In this document: positions 26,571 through 39,689 of the stretch, one piece after another
Layout: the number at the start of each line of letters is the position of its first letter
Position numbering within the stretch: position 1 is the first letter of the stretch
Assembly (NCBI GenBank): GCA_024137785.1
Contig: JAHRHZ010000146.1
Coordinates: 85,571 to 149,570, forward strand
From: Ginglymostoma cirratum
Lineage: Eukaryota
Direction: 5' to 3'
Length of the DNA: 64,000 nucleotides
Translations under genes and position numbers: made by a program
Notes under the pieces: generated by a model
Told to the model about the DNA's origin: nothing
The model's input: only the letters and a program-made list of their open reading frames with translations
Database searches by the model: none

Positions 26571-27307
26571 TTGAGATTGCACAGCAGATCCATTAACAGT
26601 GTTCGACCTTCCAAACCAAGGGAGTTGAAGCCAAAAAATTGGTATTGACTCCTGGGATAGCCATATTTTATTTGATCAGCTACTCATTGTCCAAACCTGT
26701 TGCAATCACCAAGACCATTACCAATTGCAATGATCTAGGAACCACTTGCCATTTGCCACTTTTTTGCCCATTTTCCTTGCCTTTCTACATCTTTCTGCAA
26801 CTTCCCCACTTTGTCACCCCTACCCATCCCTCTACCTGTCGTTGGGTCATCTGTGAACTTGGCTACAGTGCCCTCAGTTCCTTTGCCCAGATCGTTAATG
26901 TATAACGTGAACAGTTATTGTCGCAACATGGACCTGTGGAACTCCACTTGTCCCCAGCTGCCATCCTGAAAAAGACCCCTTTATCCCTACTGTCTGCCTT
27001 TGTCAGTCAGCCAGTCTCACGTTTTAATGAAGATCTGTAGCTCAGGTTGTGGTTGGAGTTATTGGTTGTTTCACCGAGCTGACTGGTTTCCGTGCAAATG
27101 TTTGTTGGTGACCTAGAAAGGAGATGAAATGTTTGCATAAAAACCAGTCAGCTCAGTGAAACATCCAACAACTCCACTCAGCCAGTTCTCTTTCCATGCC
27201 AGTAACTTGCCTGGGCTTACCATGGGCTCTTATCTGGGCTAGCATATTTTATATGGGGCACCTTGTCAAAGGCCTTCTAGAAATCCAGGTAGATCACTGG
27301 TGATGGA

Positions 27308-27532
27308 TAGTAGGAACTGCAGATGCTGGAGAATCTGAGATAACAAGGTGTAGAGCTGGATGAACACAGCAGGCCAAGCAGCATCAGAGGAGCAGGAAGG
27401 CTGATGTTTCGGGTCTAGACCGTTCTTCAGAAATGGATCAGAAGAAGAATCTAGGCCCAAAACACCAGCCTTCCTGCTCCTCTGATGCTGCTTGGCCGGC
27501 TGTGTTCATCCAGCTCCACACCTTGTTATCTC
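27308..27532. mobile_element. PLE-tail fold-back in CR1
   Basis: Two opposed copies of the ctgctcctctgatgctgcttggcc...ccttgttatct tail. Confidence 0.85.
27400..27430 (-). ncRNA. Minimal hammerhead ribozyme-like motif (PLE)
   Basis: CTGAAGA-A-CGGTCTAGACCC-GAAA-CATC. Confidence 0.55.
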
Positions 27533-28615
27533 ACATCCGCTGGTTTTCCTTTGTCTAACTTGATTGTTATTGTCAAAGAATTTATATTTGATTTGTCAGG
27601 CATGACCTGGCCTTCGCAAAGCTATGCTGACTCGACCCTATTTTATCATGCACTTCCAAATACTCTACAATCTCATCCTTAATAATGGACACTAACTTCA
27701 TATCAATGGCTGAATAGTTTCAGAGGTGAGTTGTTTTGACTATGAGCCTACATTACTGAGATTTTAGTTCTGTGCTGCTCTTTCAGAGAGTTCCCAGGCT
27801 GTGGAGTTAGTGTGGCTCCTTCACTGTGGATCTGAATCCATGTCCACTTATTTTTCTGTTTCATCTTTGTATGATCACCTCTCTTTGCAATTGCCTTACT
27901 TTCTTTGACTCTTATACTGGTTATATTCTTGTGAGGTTTTGAATTTCCTTCTTAGTCCTGTTGACAGCTTTAAAATGTTGTGTCTGTTACTGCATCAATG
28001 ACACTAGGTTGACTGCTTTCTGGGGAGAGAAATCAAAGGTCACAACCAGCAAAGGAAACAGGAACAAAAAGAACAATTGCTGAAGAAACTCAACAAGTCT
28101 GGCAGCATTTGTGAAGACACAGCAGATCTCACATTTCAGGTGTAGACATCAGGAATGGTAAAATAAATCAAAGAACCGTGGATGCTGGAGGACTGAATCA
28201 AAATCTTTTCTGAAAAAAGGGGATTGGGCTTAAACTTTGAACCCTGCTCAGATGCTGCCATACCAGTTGAGATTCTCAAGAGATTTCTGCGTCTATTCTA
28301 AAATTTTGGTCCATTTTAACCAGAAGCCTTCGCTGATGAAGGAGCACCGGAGGTTGATGGGAGAAGACTTGGTGCGAATAAGCAAATGGGGAGCGGAATT
28401 TTGGATGAAATCAGGATTACAAGATTATATTATTGGTATGGGAGATCAGCACAGAATGTGTCAGCATAGTTCAGTCGTGAGAGGTTACAATGGAATGGAT
28501 GAGAGTTTGAGCAGTAGATGAGCTGAGACTAGCATGGAGTTGGATGATGTTACAGAGTTAGATGTAGGTGATCTAGATAATGGGGAACTGTGGTTGGGCA
28601 CTCAGTTTGGTGGGA

Positions 28616-28792
28616 CAAAAACAGAAGTTGCTGGAAAAGCTCAGCAGGGCAGCAGCATCGGTGAAGAGAAAATCAGACTGAATGTTTCGGGTCCGGTGAC
28701 TGTTCTGAAAGCTCTGAAACGTGCTGAGCTTTTCTAGTAACTTCTGTTTTTGTTCCTGATTTACAGCATCCACAGTTCTTTTGTTTTGTTTT
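28616..28792. mobile_element. PLE-tail-like fold-back (second family) with 12-bp TSD
   Basis: aaaacagaagttgctggaaaagctcagc / gctgagcttttctagtaacttctgtttt; TSD agtttggtggga at 28604-28615 and 28793-28804. Confidence 0.8.
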
Positions 28793-28919
28793 AGTTTGGT
28801 GGGAAATGTTTCACTTTGGTTGTGACCAGTGTGATTCAGATTGAGACAGTTTACAGGGAGATGGATGGAGTTTGTCACAGTTACAAAGGACGTGCCCTCA
28901 GACTTTCTAACATTTCATC

Positions 28920-29185
28920 ATAGAATCCCTAGAGTGTGGAAACAGGCCATTTGGCCCAAAACATTCACGACAACTCAACAAAGAGCATCCCACCCCCTTC
29001 TACCCTTTCCCTGCAGTTCCTATGGCCAAACCACCCAACTTGCACATCTTTGGACTGTGGGAGGAAACCCACACACACATGGGGAGAATGTGCAAACTCC
29101 ATACAGATAGTTGCCCAAGCCTGGATTCGAACCTGGGTCCCTGCTGCTGTGAAGCAGCAGTGTTAATCACTGAGACACTATGCTA
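28920..29185 (-). mobile_element. HE1-type SINE
   Basis: Same consensus as other copies. Confidence 0.8.
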
Positions 29186-31196
29186 CCCCTTCAACAGAAG
29201 AAACTTCTGCTCATCCAGTACTGGGTGTCAGACAAGTCAGGAAGGGAACTTGGAGTTAGAACATAGAACATTACAGCACAATACAGGCCCTTGGCCCACA
29301 ATGTTGTGCCGACCTATTGCTCTACTAAGATCAATCTACCCTGCATACCCTACATTTTATTATCCTCCGTGTGCCTATCCGAGAGTCACTTTAAAAGTCT
29401 CTAAAGTAGCTGACTCCACTACCACTGCCTGCACTGCATTCCACACGCCATGAGTGATGGTGTTCACATGAACCTACTGCAGTGGTCCTTCTGGTTGACG
29501 GAGTGTGTGCGTTTGGGAGATTCTCTCAAAGTTCTGGTTGATGTGTATAGATAGAAATCATCACCTTTTGCCCTCACCTTTTTCTCTCTCCTAATCTGTC
29601 TCTTTCTGTCTGCCTTCCCAGAGAGGTCAGTATCTCGTATAGATCTAGACTGGTAGCAGGTTTCCTTCCCTGCATAGCATCAGTGAATCACGTTTTTCAT
29701 TTAGACAATTCAACAGCTTTCTCGGTCACTTTCTTCCCATGTGTCAGCCCCAGAACTTACCAGATAAATGCGACTCTGTTTCACAACAAGCATTTGTATT
29801 TGCGTAGGTTCTTCTTTATTTGACATATTAAGTAAATTGACAGGGCTTTAGGAGGGGAGCATGAACAGTTGGGAAACTGAAAGTAAACATCACATCAGGA
29901 TCTGACATAGTCACCCAAATTGTCATCATTGACTGGAGTTGAAATATAAACAGGGCCAGGGCTCAGGTGAAGGGAAATTTTGAAATCCAAAGTTTGAAGC
30001 ATGTGAACAGTGGAATCATTGAATTTGACGCCACAGAAGGAGACCATTTGAACCATTATGTATGTACTGGTTTCTGAAGGACCAACCCAGCTCATCCTAT
30101 TCTCCAGCCCTATCTCTGTAGGTCTCTGAATCCATCACTTTCAAATATGTATGCAATTTTTTTTTAAACTTCATATGGAATCCACCTCCACCTCTACCTC
30201 TCTCTCTCCCATGGAGCATATTCCAAATCCCAACAACTGAGAACAGAAATTTCTCCTCACCTCATTCCTAGCTGTCTTGCTGCCAGCCTTGATGTTGTGA
30301 CCCCTAGTTACTGACATTCCGACTAGTGGAATTTTACCTTCTTTTATCCTGTTTAACCTTCTTTACCCTGTTAAGTGTTCATAATTTTGAACACCAAAAT
30401 CAGATCAAAGTTAATGCTCTCCAAGGCAATTAGCCCAATTTCTCTAATCTTTCCTTGTATTTAAACTCCCTCATTTGTATTATCATTGCAGTAAATCCAT
30501 TTTGCACTGTTTCCAGGGCTTTAACATCCTTCCTGAAATAAGGGACACAGAATTACACATGATATCCAAATGTAGTCTGACTGATGGTGACAGTTGCTGA
30601 CGCAAAGTCACGTAGAGCCCTGGAGTCATAGAGCACGGAATCAGACCCTTTGGTCCAACTCGTCCATGCCAACCAGATATCCTAAATTAATCTTGTTCCA
30701 TTTGGGAATGTTTAGCTCATATCCACCTAAACCCTTCCTATTTATATACACATCCAAATGCATTTTTACATGTTGTAATTGAACCGGCCTCCTCCACTTC
30801 GTTTGGCAGCTGATTCCATACACGCGCCACTCTCTGCGTGAAAAATTGCCCCTTAGGTCCCTTTTATGTCTTTCCCCTCTCATCTTAATGTCATTCAAGA
30901 TGGCAGAAAAAGGGACAAAGGGTTTAACTGAAATTGGACACGAGCAACTAAATAAATGACAGAAAATAGTGGTTAAAAAATATATTGAAGAAAACAGAAG
31001 GGAAAAAAGAAAAGGGATATCCTGTCTGGACTCAACTAAGGGATTGTTTCTGAAGATGGATTATGAATCCGTGTATAGAATGAGGTTCCCCAATAATATG
31101 TGCACTCTCCTTGATACACAGCCCTCCAATTTCCTGATGTATACACTTACAGGGAGGGTTGTATCATCCAGTGGATGTAATAGAGATTAAGAAGAT

Positions 31197-31497
31197 CAGA
31201 ATCCCTGCAGTGTGGAAACAGGCCCTTCAGCCCAACAAGTCCACACTGACCCTTGGAGCATCCCAAAAAGACCCATCCCCCTATAACCCACACACCCCTG
31301 AACACTATGGGCAATTTAGCATAGCCAATCCACCTAGCCTGCACATCTTTGGACTGTGGGAGGAAACCAGAGCAAACCCACGCAGACGTGGGGAGAATGA
31401 GCAAACTCCACACAGACAGTCACCTGAGGCTGGAATCAAACCCAGGTCCCTGGCGCTGTGAGGCTGCAGTGCTAACCACTGAGCCACCGTGCCACCT
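31197..31497 (-). mobile_element. HE1-type SINE
   Basis: Same consensus, full length. Confidence 0.88.
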
Positions 31498-31789
31498 GAG
31501 GTGATGAGAACTATTGTGGCTGGAAGAGGGTACAAAGATGGAGCACATTCTTATGTTTATACCAGCCCTGGGTGAATAATTGTTTCATCAGATCCCCTCA
31601 CCTTATGCCCTCTGGTCTCAGACAAGTTTAAAATGGGGAAAAGATTCTCACATTCTATCCCACCTGTGACTTTCATAATCCAATGCCTGTCCCCCAGAGA
31701 GCTTCCTCTGCTCCCAGTAAAGCAAACATAGCCTGTCAAATGTACCCTCATAACCGAAGCAATTCATCCCCACGCAACATTCTCGGATG

Positions 31790-33025
31790 TGAGATCAAGA
31801 AAGAAGAGGTGTTGAGTCACTTGATGCGCATTAAGGTGGCTAAGCCCTCAGAGCCCGATGTATCCACTCCATCTTATTGAGATAGGCATGATTGCTGTGA
31901 CCTTGACCAAGATCATTTTAACCTCACAAGCTATGGGAGAGGTCCTGACTGACTGGAGAGTAGCTAATGTTCCACTGTTCAAGAAGGGGAAGAGGGATAA
32001 TCCAGGAAACTATAGATCTGTGAGTCTCGCATCGGTGGTTGGGAAGATAATGGAGAAAATTCGTTTCGATAGGATCTAAAATAGGGACTAATTAGGGACA
32101 GTCAACATGGCTTTGTGCAGGGCTGGTCGTGTCTTACTAACTTGATTGAGTTTTTTAAGGAGGTGACAAAGATGATCGATGAGGGTGGAGCAGTGGATGT
32201 TGTCCACGTGGATACCAGTAAGACTTTCAATAAGGTCCCCCATTGTAGGCTCATCCAGAAGATCAAGATGCATGGGATCCCTGTTGACTTCGCCACGTGG
32301 ATTCAGAATTAGCTTGCCCATAGCAGACCGAGGGCAGTGGTGGGAAGATGTGTTTCAGGATTGAGGTCCGTGACTAGGGATGTTCCACAGTGATCTGGAC
32401 TTTGCTATTTGTGATATATTTGAAAGACTGAGATGAACAAACAGTGAATGGGTTAGTAAGTTTGCAAACGATACAAAGATCTGTGGAGATGTGGATAGTG
32501 TAAAAGATTGTCAAAGGACACAAAGAGATACAGAACAGTTGCAGATATGGACAGAGAAATGGCATATGGAGTTTAATCCATGTAAGTGTGAGTTGCTGCA
32601 GTTTGGGTGATCAAATATTAAGGAAAAGTATACAGTTAATGGCAGGACTCTGAAAAGCACTGAAAAGAATGATCTTGGGGTTCAAGTCCATATTTCCCTG
32701 AAAGTGGCCATGCAAGTGGTAAAGAAGGCATATGGCAAGCTTACCTTTATTGGCCAGGAAACTGAGTGCAAGAGTCAGGATGCCATGTTGCATCTTTATA
32801 AGACATTTGTTTGGCCACACTTAGAGTATTGCATTCAATTCTGATCGCCACATTACAGGAAGTATGTGGAGGCTTTAGAGTGGGCACAGAAGAGGTTTAC
32901 CAGGCCTTTGCCTGGATTAGAGGCTATGAGCTCTCAAGACAGGCTAGGGAAACTTGAGTTGTTTTCTCATGAACAATGGAGACTGATTGGAGACTTGATC
33001 AAAGCCCATAAAATGATGAGATGCA
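31790..33025 (+). mobile_element. CR1 RT fragment
   Basis: NYRSVSLASVVGK, SCLTNLIEFF, KFAND. Confidence 0.88.
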
Positions 33026-33425
33026 NNNNNNNNNNNNNNNNNNNNNNNNNNNNNNNNNNNNNNNNNNNNNNNNNNNNNNNNNNNNNNNNNNNNNNNNNNN
33101 NNNNNNNNNNNNNNNNNNNNNNNNNNNNNNNNNNNNNNNNNNNNNNNNNNNNNNNNNNNNNNNNNNNNNNNNNNNNNNNNNNNNNNNNNNNNNNNNNNNN
33201 NNNNNNNNNNNNNNNNNNNNNNNNNNNNNNNNNNNNNNNNNNNNNNNNNNNNNNNNNNNNNNNNNNNNNNNNNNNNNNNNNNNNNNNNNNNNNNNNNNNN
33301 NNNNNNNNNNNNNNNNNNNNNNNNNNNNNNNNNNNNNNNNNNNNNNNNNNNNNNNNNNNNNNNNNNNNNNNNNNNNNNNNNNNNNNNNNNNNNNNNNNNN
33401 NNNNNNNNNNNNNNNNNNNNNNNNN
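33026..33425. other. Assembly gap
   Basis: Run of N. Confidence 1.
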
Positions 33426-33514
33426 GGAAACCCACACAGACCTGGGGAGAATGTGCAAACTCCACACAGACAGTCGCCCGAGGGTGGAATCGAACCCAGG
33501 TCCATGGTGCTGTG

Positions 33515-34315
33515 AGGGTGGGGGTTTTGGGCTGGGGAAAGTAGGTGGGATGGTGATTGCAGGTAGATAGTGGTGGGGATTGGTCAGTGAGGTCGGAGGG
33601 GTGGATAGGTGGGAGAGAAGATGGACAGGTCAAGGAGGCAGGGATAAGAGGGAGGGTTGCTCTTGGCATGAGGCCAGGAGTGGGGAGATTTTGAAGCTCG
33701 TAAAGTCCACATTGAGACCATTGGGTTGTAGGCTTCCAAGGCAGAATATGAAGTGCTGCCCCTCCAGTTTCCGTTGGCATCGTTGTGACACTGGAGGAGG
33801 CCCAGGATGAACATGTCGTCCAGAGAGTGGGAGGGGAATTGAAGTGGTTCACGACTGGGAAGTGTTGTCGTTTGTCGCGAACCGAACATAGCTGCTCTGG
33901 AAAGCAGTCTCTGAGTCTCCGCTTGGTCTCACCGATGTAGAAGAGGCGAAATCGGGAGCAGCGGATACAATAGACCACATTAGTGGATGTGCAGGTGAAC
34001 ATCTGTCCGATGTGGAAGGTTTTTTTGGGGCCTGGGATGGAGGTGAGTGGGGGGGCCGGGGGGTGGGGAGGTGTAGGGGCAGAAGTAGCACTTCCTGCGG
34101 TTGCAGGGAAAGCCGCTGGGTGTAGTGAGGCTAGTGGGGAGTGTGGAGCGGATGAGGGAGTTGCGATCCCTCTGGAAGTCAGATAAGGGTGGGGAGTGAA
34201 ATATATCTTTCATAGTGGGGTCAGATTGCAGGTGGCGGAAGTGGCGGAGAATGATGCACTGAATCTAGAGGTTAATTGGGTGAAACAGGAGGGCAAGGGG
34301 AATTTTGTCTTTGTT
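33515..34315 (-). mobile_element. Penelope-like fragment (linker + GIY-YIG)
   Basis: FPCNRRKCY, MFTCTSTNVVYCIRCSR..YIGETKRRL. Confidence 0.88.
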
Positions 34316-34409
34316 TTTATACTATCTTTATTTATAAACCTATTTGTTTTGTAACGACTCATTCCCTCTCTGGCAACTTGTGTGTGTCCGTGTGTGTGTG
34401 TCTCTGAGT

Positions 34410-35015
34410 CTGTGCATGTGCTAAGGCAGGCATCTGATCCTATTGAGAATAAATTAAATACAGAATGGCTTCTGTAAATTTCATGACAGCTTCAAATCAC
34501 TCTCAAAAGAAGCTTGTGTTTTTTGGCAGAATTTAACGGTTCAGAAAATCTCTGTAGAGAGATTTCAAAGCATTTAGTTGAGTTTCTGAAGGTACCGATC
34601 CCTCTGCTCTCCAGTTCATTCTTAGCTTGCCTGCGTGAAGTACATCAACGGTAGAACATAGAACATAGAACATAGAACAGTACAGCACAGTACAGGCCCT
34701 TCAGCCCACGATGTTGTGCCGAACTTTTATCCTAAACCTAAGATCTATCTAACCTCCACCGCTACCTTATACTATCAGCCATATGCCTATCTAATAGCCG
34801 CTTAAATGCCCCTAATGAGGCCGACTCCACTACCCTCTCCAGCAATGACTCCGGTAGAGTCTCATTGTCGCATTTCTATGTGGGAACTTGTTGTGCACCA
34901 GCTGCAGTGAGGTATGGGGAATGATTTGAAGCTATAATGAAGTATACAGAAGCCATTCTGTATTTAATTTATTCTCCATAGGACCAGATGCCTGCCTTAG
35001 TGCGTGCGCACAGGC
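34410..35015. mobile_element. Long inverted-repeat element (MITE-like) containing a CR1 tail insertion
   Basis: ~90-bp arms ctaaggcaggcatctgatcctattgagaataaattaaatacagaatggcttctgta / reverse complement at ~34919-35012; CR1 tail 34656-34851 with cggtaga TSD. Confidence 0.75.
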
Positions 35016-35839
35016 ACACACGCACACACCAGGGTGAAGGGTCGGGTGTCTGGCGGGGTGCTAAGGAGAGGGAACACCTTGATAGTCTCACTGGGCTGCC
35101 TGTGAGGATCCTGCTATTCATGCCATTGTCGGCAGTGTTTCCTTTTCACATCACAAACCAGTCAACAGGGCCCCCAGCTTCAGTTTGCCCATGGTCTGTG
35201 GATGGACTGCATCACTCCTTTCCCAATCCCCCATTCCATACTGCCCCCTCCCCACCAAATGTGATACCTCTGTTGTTATTGTAGACAAAGCATAATAGTT
35301 GAGAGAGAGAAAGAAGTGTGGGTGGGGGTATGGGGCAAAGAGTGAAAGAGAGAGAGGAATGTGTTAGAAATGGAAAACTCGTCAATATTTCATGTAGAAA
35401 CAGCACCAAGATCCAGAAAAAATGGGCACAGACTATGGGTGATGAATGGAAGTGTGACAGTGGGGACATCAGTTTGTATTTTCCAATGTGTCACAGAAAC
35501 AACTGTTAAGTGTCAGATTTAAGCACAGAGGGAGGGAAGTAGAAAAACAGGCTCTGAGAGTGGTTCTCCAAAATATACACTTGGTGGAGTCAGAGAGCGT
35601 TTGCCCTGTGATCTCAGTTAAAATCTATTCCTGTTCACTGGGTTTAATATCAGGAGAAATGATAATAAAATAGGATGATTTTAGAAGTTAATGAATGATG
35701 ACATCTTACACTTCGCTGTTCCTGTTCTCTGCATTTAATATTAGGGGACATGCTAGTAAAAATGTATGATTATGGAAGTCAGTGAGCGGTGGGATCTTGC
35801 TGTGCTTTTCGTGCCGCAGTATGTTTTTAATTTTAATCA

Positions 35840-37870
35840 GTCTGCATTGGCCCATCAAGTCTGCTCTGCCACTTGATCTTGGCTGATATACTTGTCAACC
35901 CTATTCTCCTGCCTTCTTCCCATAACCCTTGATCCCATTAATAATAAAGAACTTGTCTATCTCTATCTTAAATACACTGAAAGGCACTGCCCCTACAGAC
36001 CTCTGCAGCAAAAAGTTCCACAGATTAACCACCATCTGACTTTAGAAACAATTCATTATCTCAGTTCTAAAGAGTTGTCCTTCACTCCGAGTCTGTGCCC
36101 TTGGGTCCTGGTCCCTCCTCCCACTGAATACATCTTCTCCATGGTCACTCTATCCATGTTTCTTTGTATTCTATACATTTCAGTCAGATCCCCCCACATC
36201 TTTCTAAATTTCATTGAGTACAGACCCACTGTTCTTGAACCACTCCTGATATGACAAGTCTGTCATCCTTGGGGATGATTCTTGTAAATCTTCTCTGGAC
36301 GCCCTCAAATGCCAGCATATCCTTCCCCAAATTTGAAGCCCAAGACTGCTCACAATATTCCAAATGCAGTCTGTCCAGAGCCCTACACAGCCTCAACAGT
36401 GCATCTCTACTCTCTACTGAATCTGCATGTTAACCTGAAAAGAATCTTGAAGTAGGTCTCTCAAGTTCCGTTGTGCTTCAGATTTCCGAAGCCTTTCCCC
36501 ATTTAGATAAGAGTCCATGCCTCCATTCTTCCTACCAAAGTGTATAACCTCATTTTGATTTGTTGGGCGTGACCATGTCCTTGACGAAATTGCACTGACC
36601 CAGCCCAATTTTACCGTGAACTTGCAAGAACTCTGCAATCTCATCCTTAAAAGTGCATTTTAAAATCTTTCCAACAACTGAGGCAAGGCTGGCTAACTGG
36701 CCTGTCGATTCTTGTCTTTTGCCTCCCTCCCTACTTAAACAGGGGCATTAAATTAGCCATTTTCTAGTCATCCAGGACCCAGTATTCCAGAAAGACCATC
36801 ACCAACGCTTCTACAATCTCCTTCAAAACTCTCGTGTGTAGTCCATCTGGTGCAGGTGATTTATCTCCCTTCAGATCTTCATCTTTGTGATGGCCACAAC
36901 ACTTATGCTTTCCCTTGACCCTCTTGATGTTCTGGTAATGCTGGTGATGACTTTCACTGTGAAAACTGATGCAAAGTCCCTCTTCAGCTCCTGCACTCTT
37001 TCTTCATTTCCCATTACTCCTTTTTTTTTGAGCTATCCTCCGCTGCTTTTGAAAGGCTTCCCACTAACCTTCACCACATTGTATGCCTTTTGATTTGCTT
37101 TTACGAACCCTGAATTCCCTTGTCAGCCATGGTTGCCTCATTTTCCCTTTAGCATGTTTCTTTTTCCTCAGAATGAAGCTCTGCTGTGCCTCTTGAATTA
37201 TCTCCAGAAACCATTGCCATTGCTGTTCCACTGTCTTCCCTTCTAACGAAATGCGGCCAGATCCTCCCTCATGTATTTATAGTTATACTTACTCAATTGT
37301 AATACCGTTACATTTTATTCAATCTTCTCCTGCTCAAACCACAGGCTGAGTTCCATCATAATATGCTCAGTACCCCATTAAGGTTTCTTCACCTTAAGCT
37401 CCCTAAGTAAGTTTGCCTCAATACACATCAGCAAATCCAGAACTGCCTGTTCCCTCGTGGGCTGTACCTCATGCTACTCCAAAAAAATCTCGTAGACATT
37501 GCCTGGATTCCTTTTCTTCAGATCCACTACCAACCTGCTTTACCCGGTCTGTATGCATCTTGAAGTACACCATGATTATTGACATCGTGCCTTTCTTACA
37601 CATCTTTTCTATCACCTGACTCATTTTCTGTCCCAGATGTTGATGGGAAGATTGTAAATAACTCCCAGCAGTCTCCTTTTTTTGTTTGTGGTTTCTCAAC
37701 TCTACCCACACACATTCTATGCTTTTTGACTCTATATCACTTCCGATCAATTTAATTAGACTTTTACCAAAGAAGACAGCCCCAACCCTTCTGCCCATTG
37801 GCCTGTCCTTATGATAGGACATGATGTAACCTTGGACATTTAGTTTGCAGCCCTGATCCCCTGATATGAT
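35840..37870 (-). mobile_element. Degenerate CR1 (APE to 3' end)
   Basis: ECVWVELRN, LEYCEQSW, VQRRFTR. Confidence 0.75.
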
Positions 37871-38709
37871 GGCAGCATGGGCTGTCCAGACCGTAATTAA
37901 TTGCCTTCCATTTCTTATTGAATGTATCTGATTTGTTTTTGAATGCATTGTTTATTTATTGCTTTTACTAGTGTTGGTTTACTTCCCATTTTTTTTCCTT
38001 TCCGCCTCGGTTTCCCTTTATTTTTCTCGTTGCTGCTCCTTTTTGGGCTTTGTCAGCTTAAACCTGTTTCTTCTAGAAAGGCGGGTTTGCAGCAGTAGGC
38101 TGTCTCTGTAGGTGCCATTTGCACAGGGGTCTAGGCCCGACGTCAGCCTTCCTGCTCCTCTGATGCTGCTTGGCCTGCTGTGTTCATCCAGCTCTACACC
38201 GTGTTCTCTGAGTCATTATGACACACCGCCTTACATCCACTTTGTTTCAATTCGAATAAACAAAATAGTGAAAAGAACCAGCCTTCGCATAGTGTTCATC
38301 CTTCTTAATATAAAAGTGTTTCTGTAGCTGTATTTCTTTCAGGGGAGCTTTATAGCTGTGTGATAGGGAGAACTTGACTGCCTTTTTTTAAAATTGGAAC
38401 TCCAGACTCTGGGTTTTGTTTTAAAGAGAGAAAGGTTTTCTTACTTGAAAGAACATAAATTTTAGTGAGAAGGTAGCTTTTTATTGCAGCTGTTCCGTGC
38501 CCAGTCTGCATATATATATATACTCTTCCCACCTTTTATGCTTCAAAGACCACAGATCCACGCATCTAAAACAGCAGCGTTTATTAAAGAGGTCTTTACT
38601 CTACAAGGAAACAAATGAGTCATAACGACAAGCTTAGATAAAAAGCAATGAATAGTGTTATTGTTTGCAACAAGATAGCACTAAAAACACATTCTAATTT
38701 TGAAGAGAT

Positions 38710-38920
38710 TGTAGGAACTGCCGATGCTGAAGTCTGTCATAACAAGGTGTAGAGCTGGATGAACACAACAGGCGAAGGCTGACATTTCGGGTCTAGACCC
38801 TTCTTCTCTTAATTTCTTCTTCATTTCTGAAGAAGGGTCTTGACCCGAAACGTCAGCTTTCCTGCTCCTCTGATGCTGCTTGGCCTGCTGTGTTCGTCCA
38901 GCTCCACAACATTTTATCTC
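38710..38920. mobile_element. PLE-tail fold-back
   Basis: Opposed tail copies with hammerhead core. Confidence 0.85.
38827..38857 (+). ncRNA. Minimal hammerhead ribozyme-like motif (PLE)
   Basis: CTGAAGA-A-GGGTCTTGACCC-GAAA-CGTC. Confidence 0.68.
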
Positions 38921-39478
38921 GAGGCTGAACTCTTGTTTCCTTCCCAAATGGCTGATGACATCATCAGTATGTCATGTGATTGAATTTATAAAGTGACACT
39001 CCAAGATATTATTTAAATATGCAACAATTTGCCAACAATCCCCCCCTTCCCCTTACTTACATTACGGTTTTATGATCCTGGAACTCTGTATTGTGTTCTT
39101 CCTTCAGCAGCCACAGCTCTTAATAGGGCAGTGCTAAGCACAAGAATTGCCAGGCCCTGATTATATTGTATATATTGTAATGCTCAGTAGACAAGATTTG
39201 CACCTGGTGAAATGGATACCACATTGATTCCAGGGAAGGCATTGCCATTTTGAGCTGTTTGTGGTTCGGCAGGCCTTCATTAAAATGCAGCTCAGATTTC
39301 TCATCAATTCTCTAACAGCAGGCAAGTTCCCCAAAACATCATCAAGTTTCCACTCGAAATGGCTGCATTATGTTTTGGAAGCTAGGCCAAAACACACAAA
39401 AGCTATTTTTTTCATGTATTTAAACTGTTATTTTAAATGAAGTTCAGTTTGAATATTCATTTTGTCATTTCTTCATTT

Positions 39479-39509
39479 CTGAAGAAGGGTCCAGACCCGA
39501 AATGTCAGC
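39479..39509 (+). ncRNA. Minimal hammerhead ribozyme-like motif in a solitary PLE tail
   Basis: CTGAAGA-A-GGGTCCAGACCC-GAAA-TGTC. Confidence 0.6.
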
Positions 39510-39689
39510 TTTCCTGCTCCTCTGATGCTGCTTGGCCTGCTGTGTTCATCCAGCTCTCCACCTTGTTATCTCTTATTTCTAATTTTGAAGAGTTTTTTAA
39601 TGTTTCTGCAGCAATGTCTTAATGTCCAGGATATGAAATGTGAATTTTCATTGATTATTGCTGTTTCTGTAAATAAAAATAGTCTGCAG

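Larger units (their letters stand above)
26600..27700 (-). mobile_element. Degenerate CR1 hosting two fold-back insertions
   Basis: Reverse RT motifs (DF*KAFDKVP) split by inserts. Confidence 0.65.
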
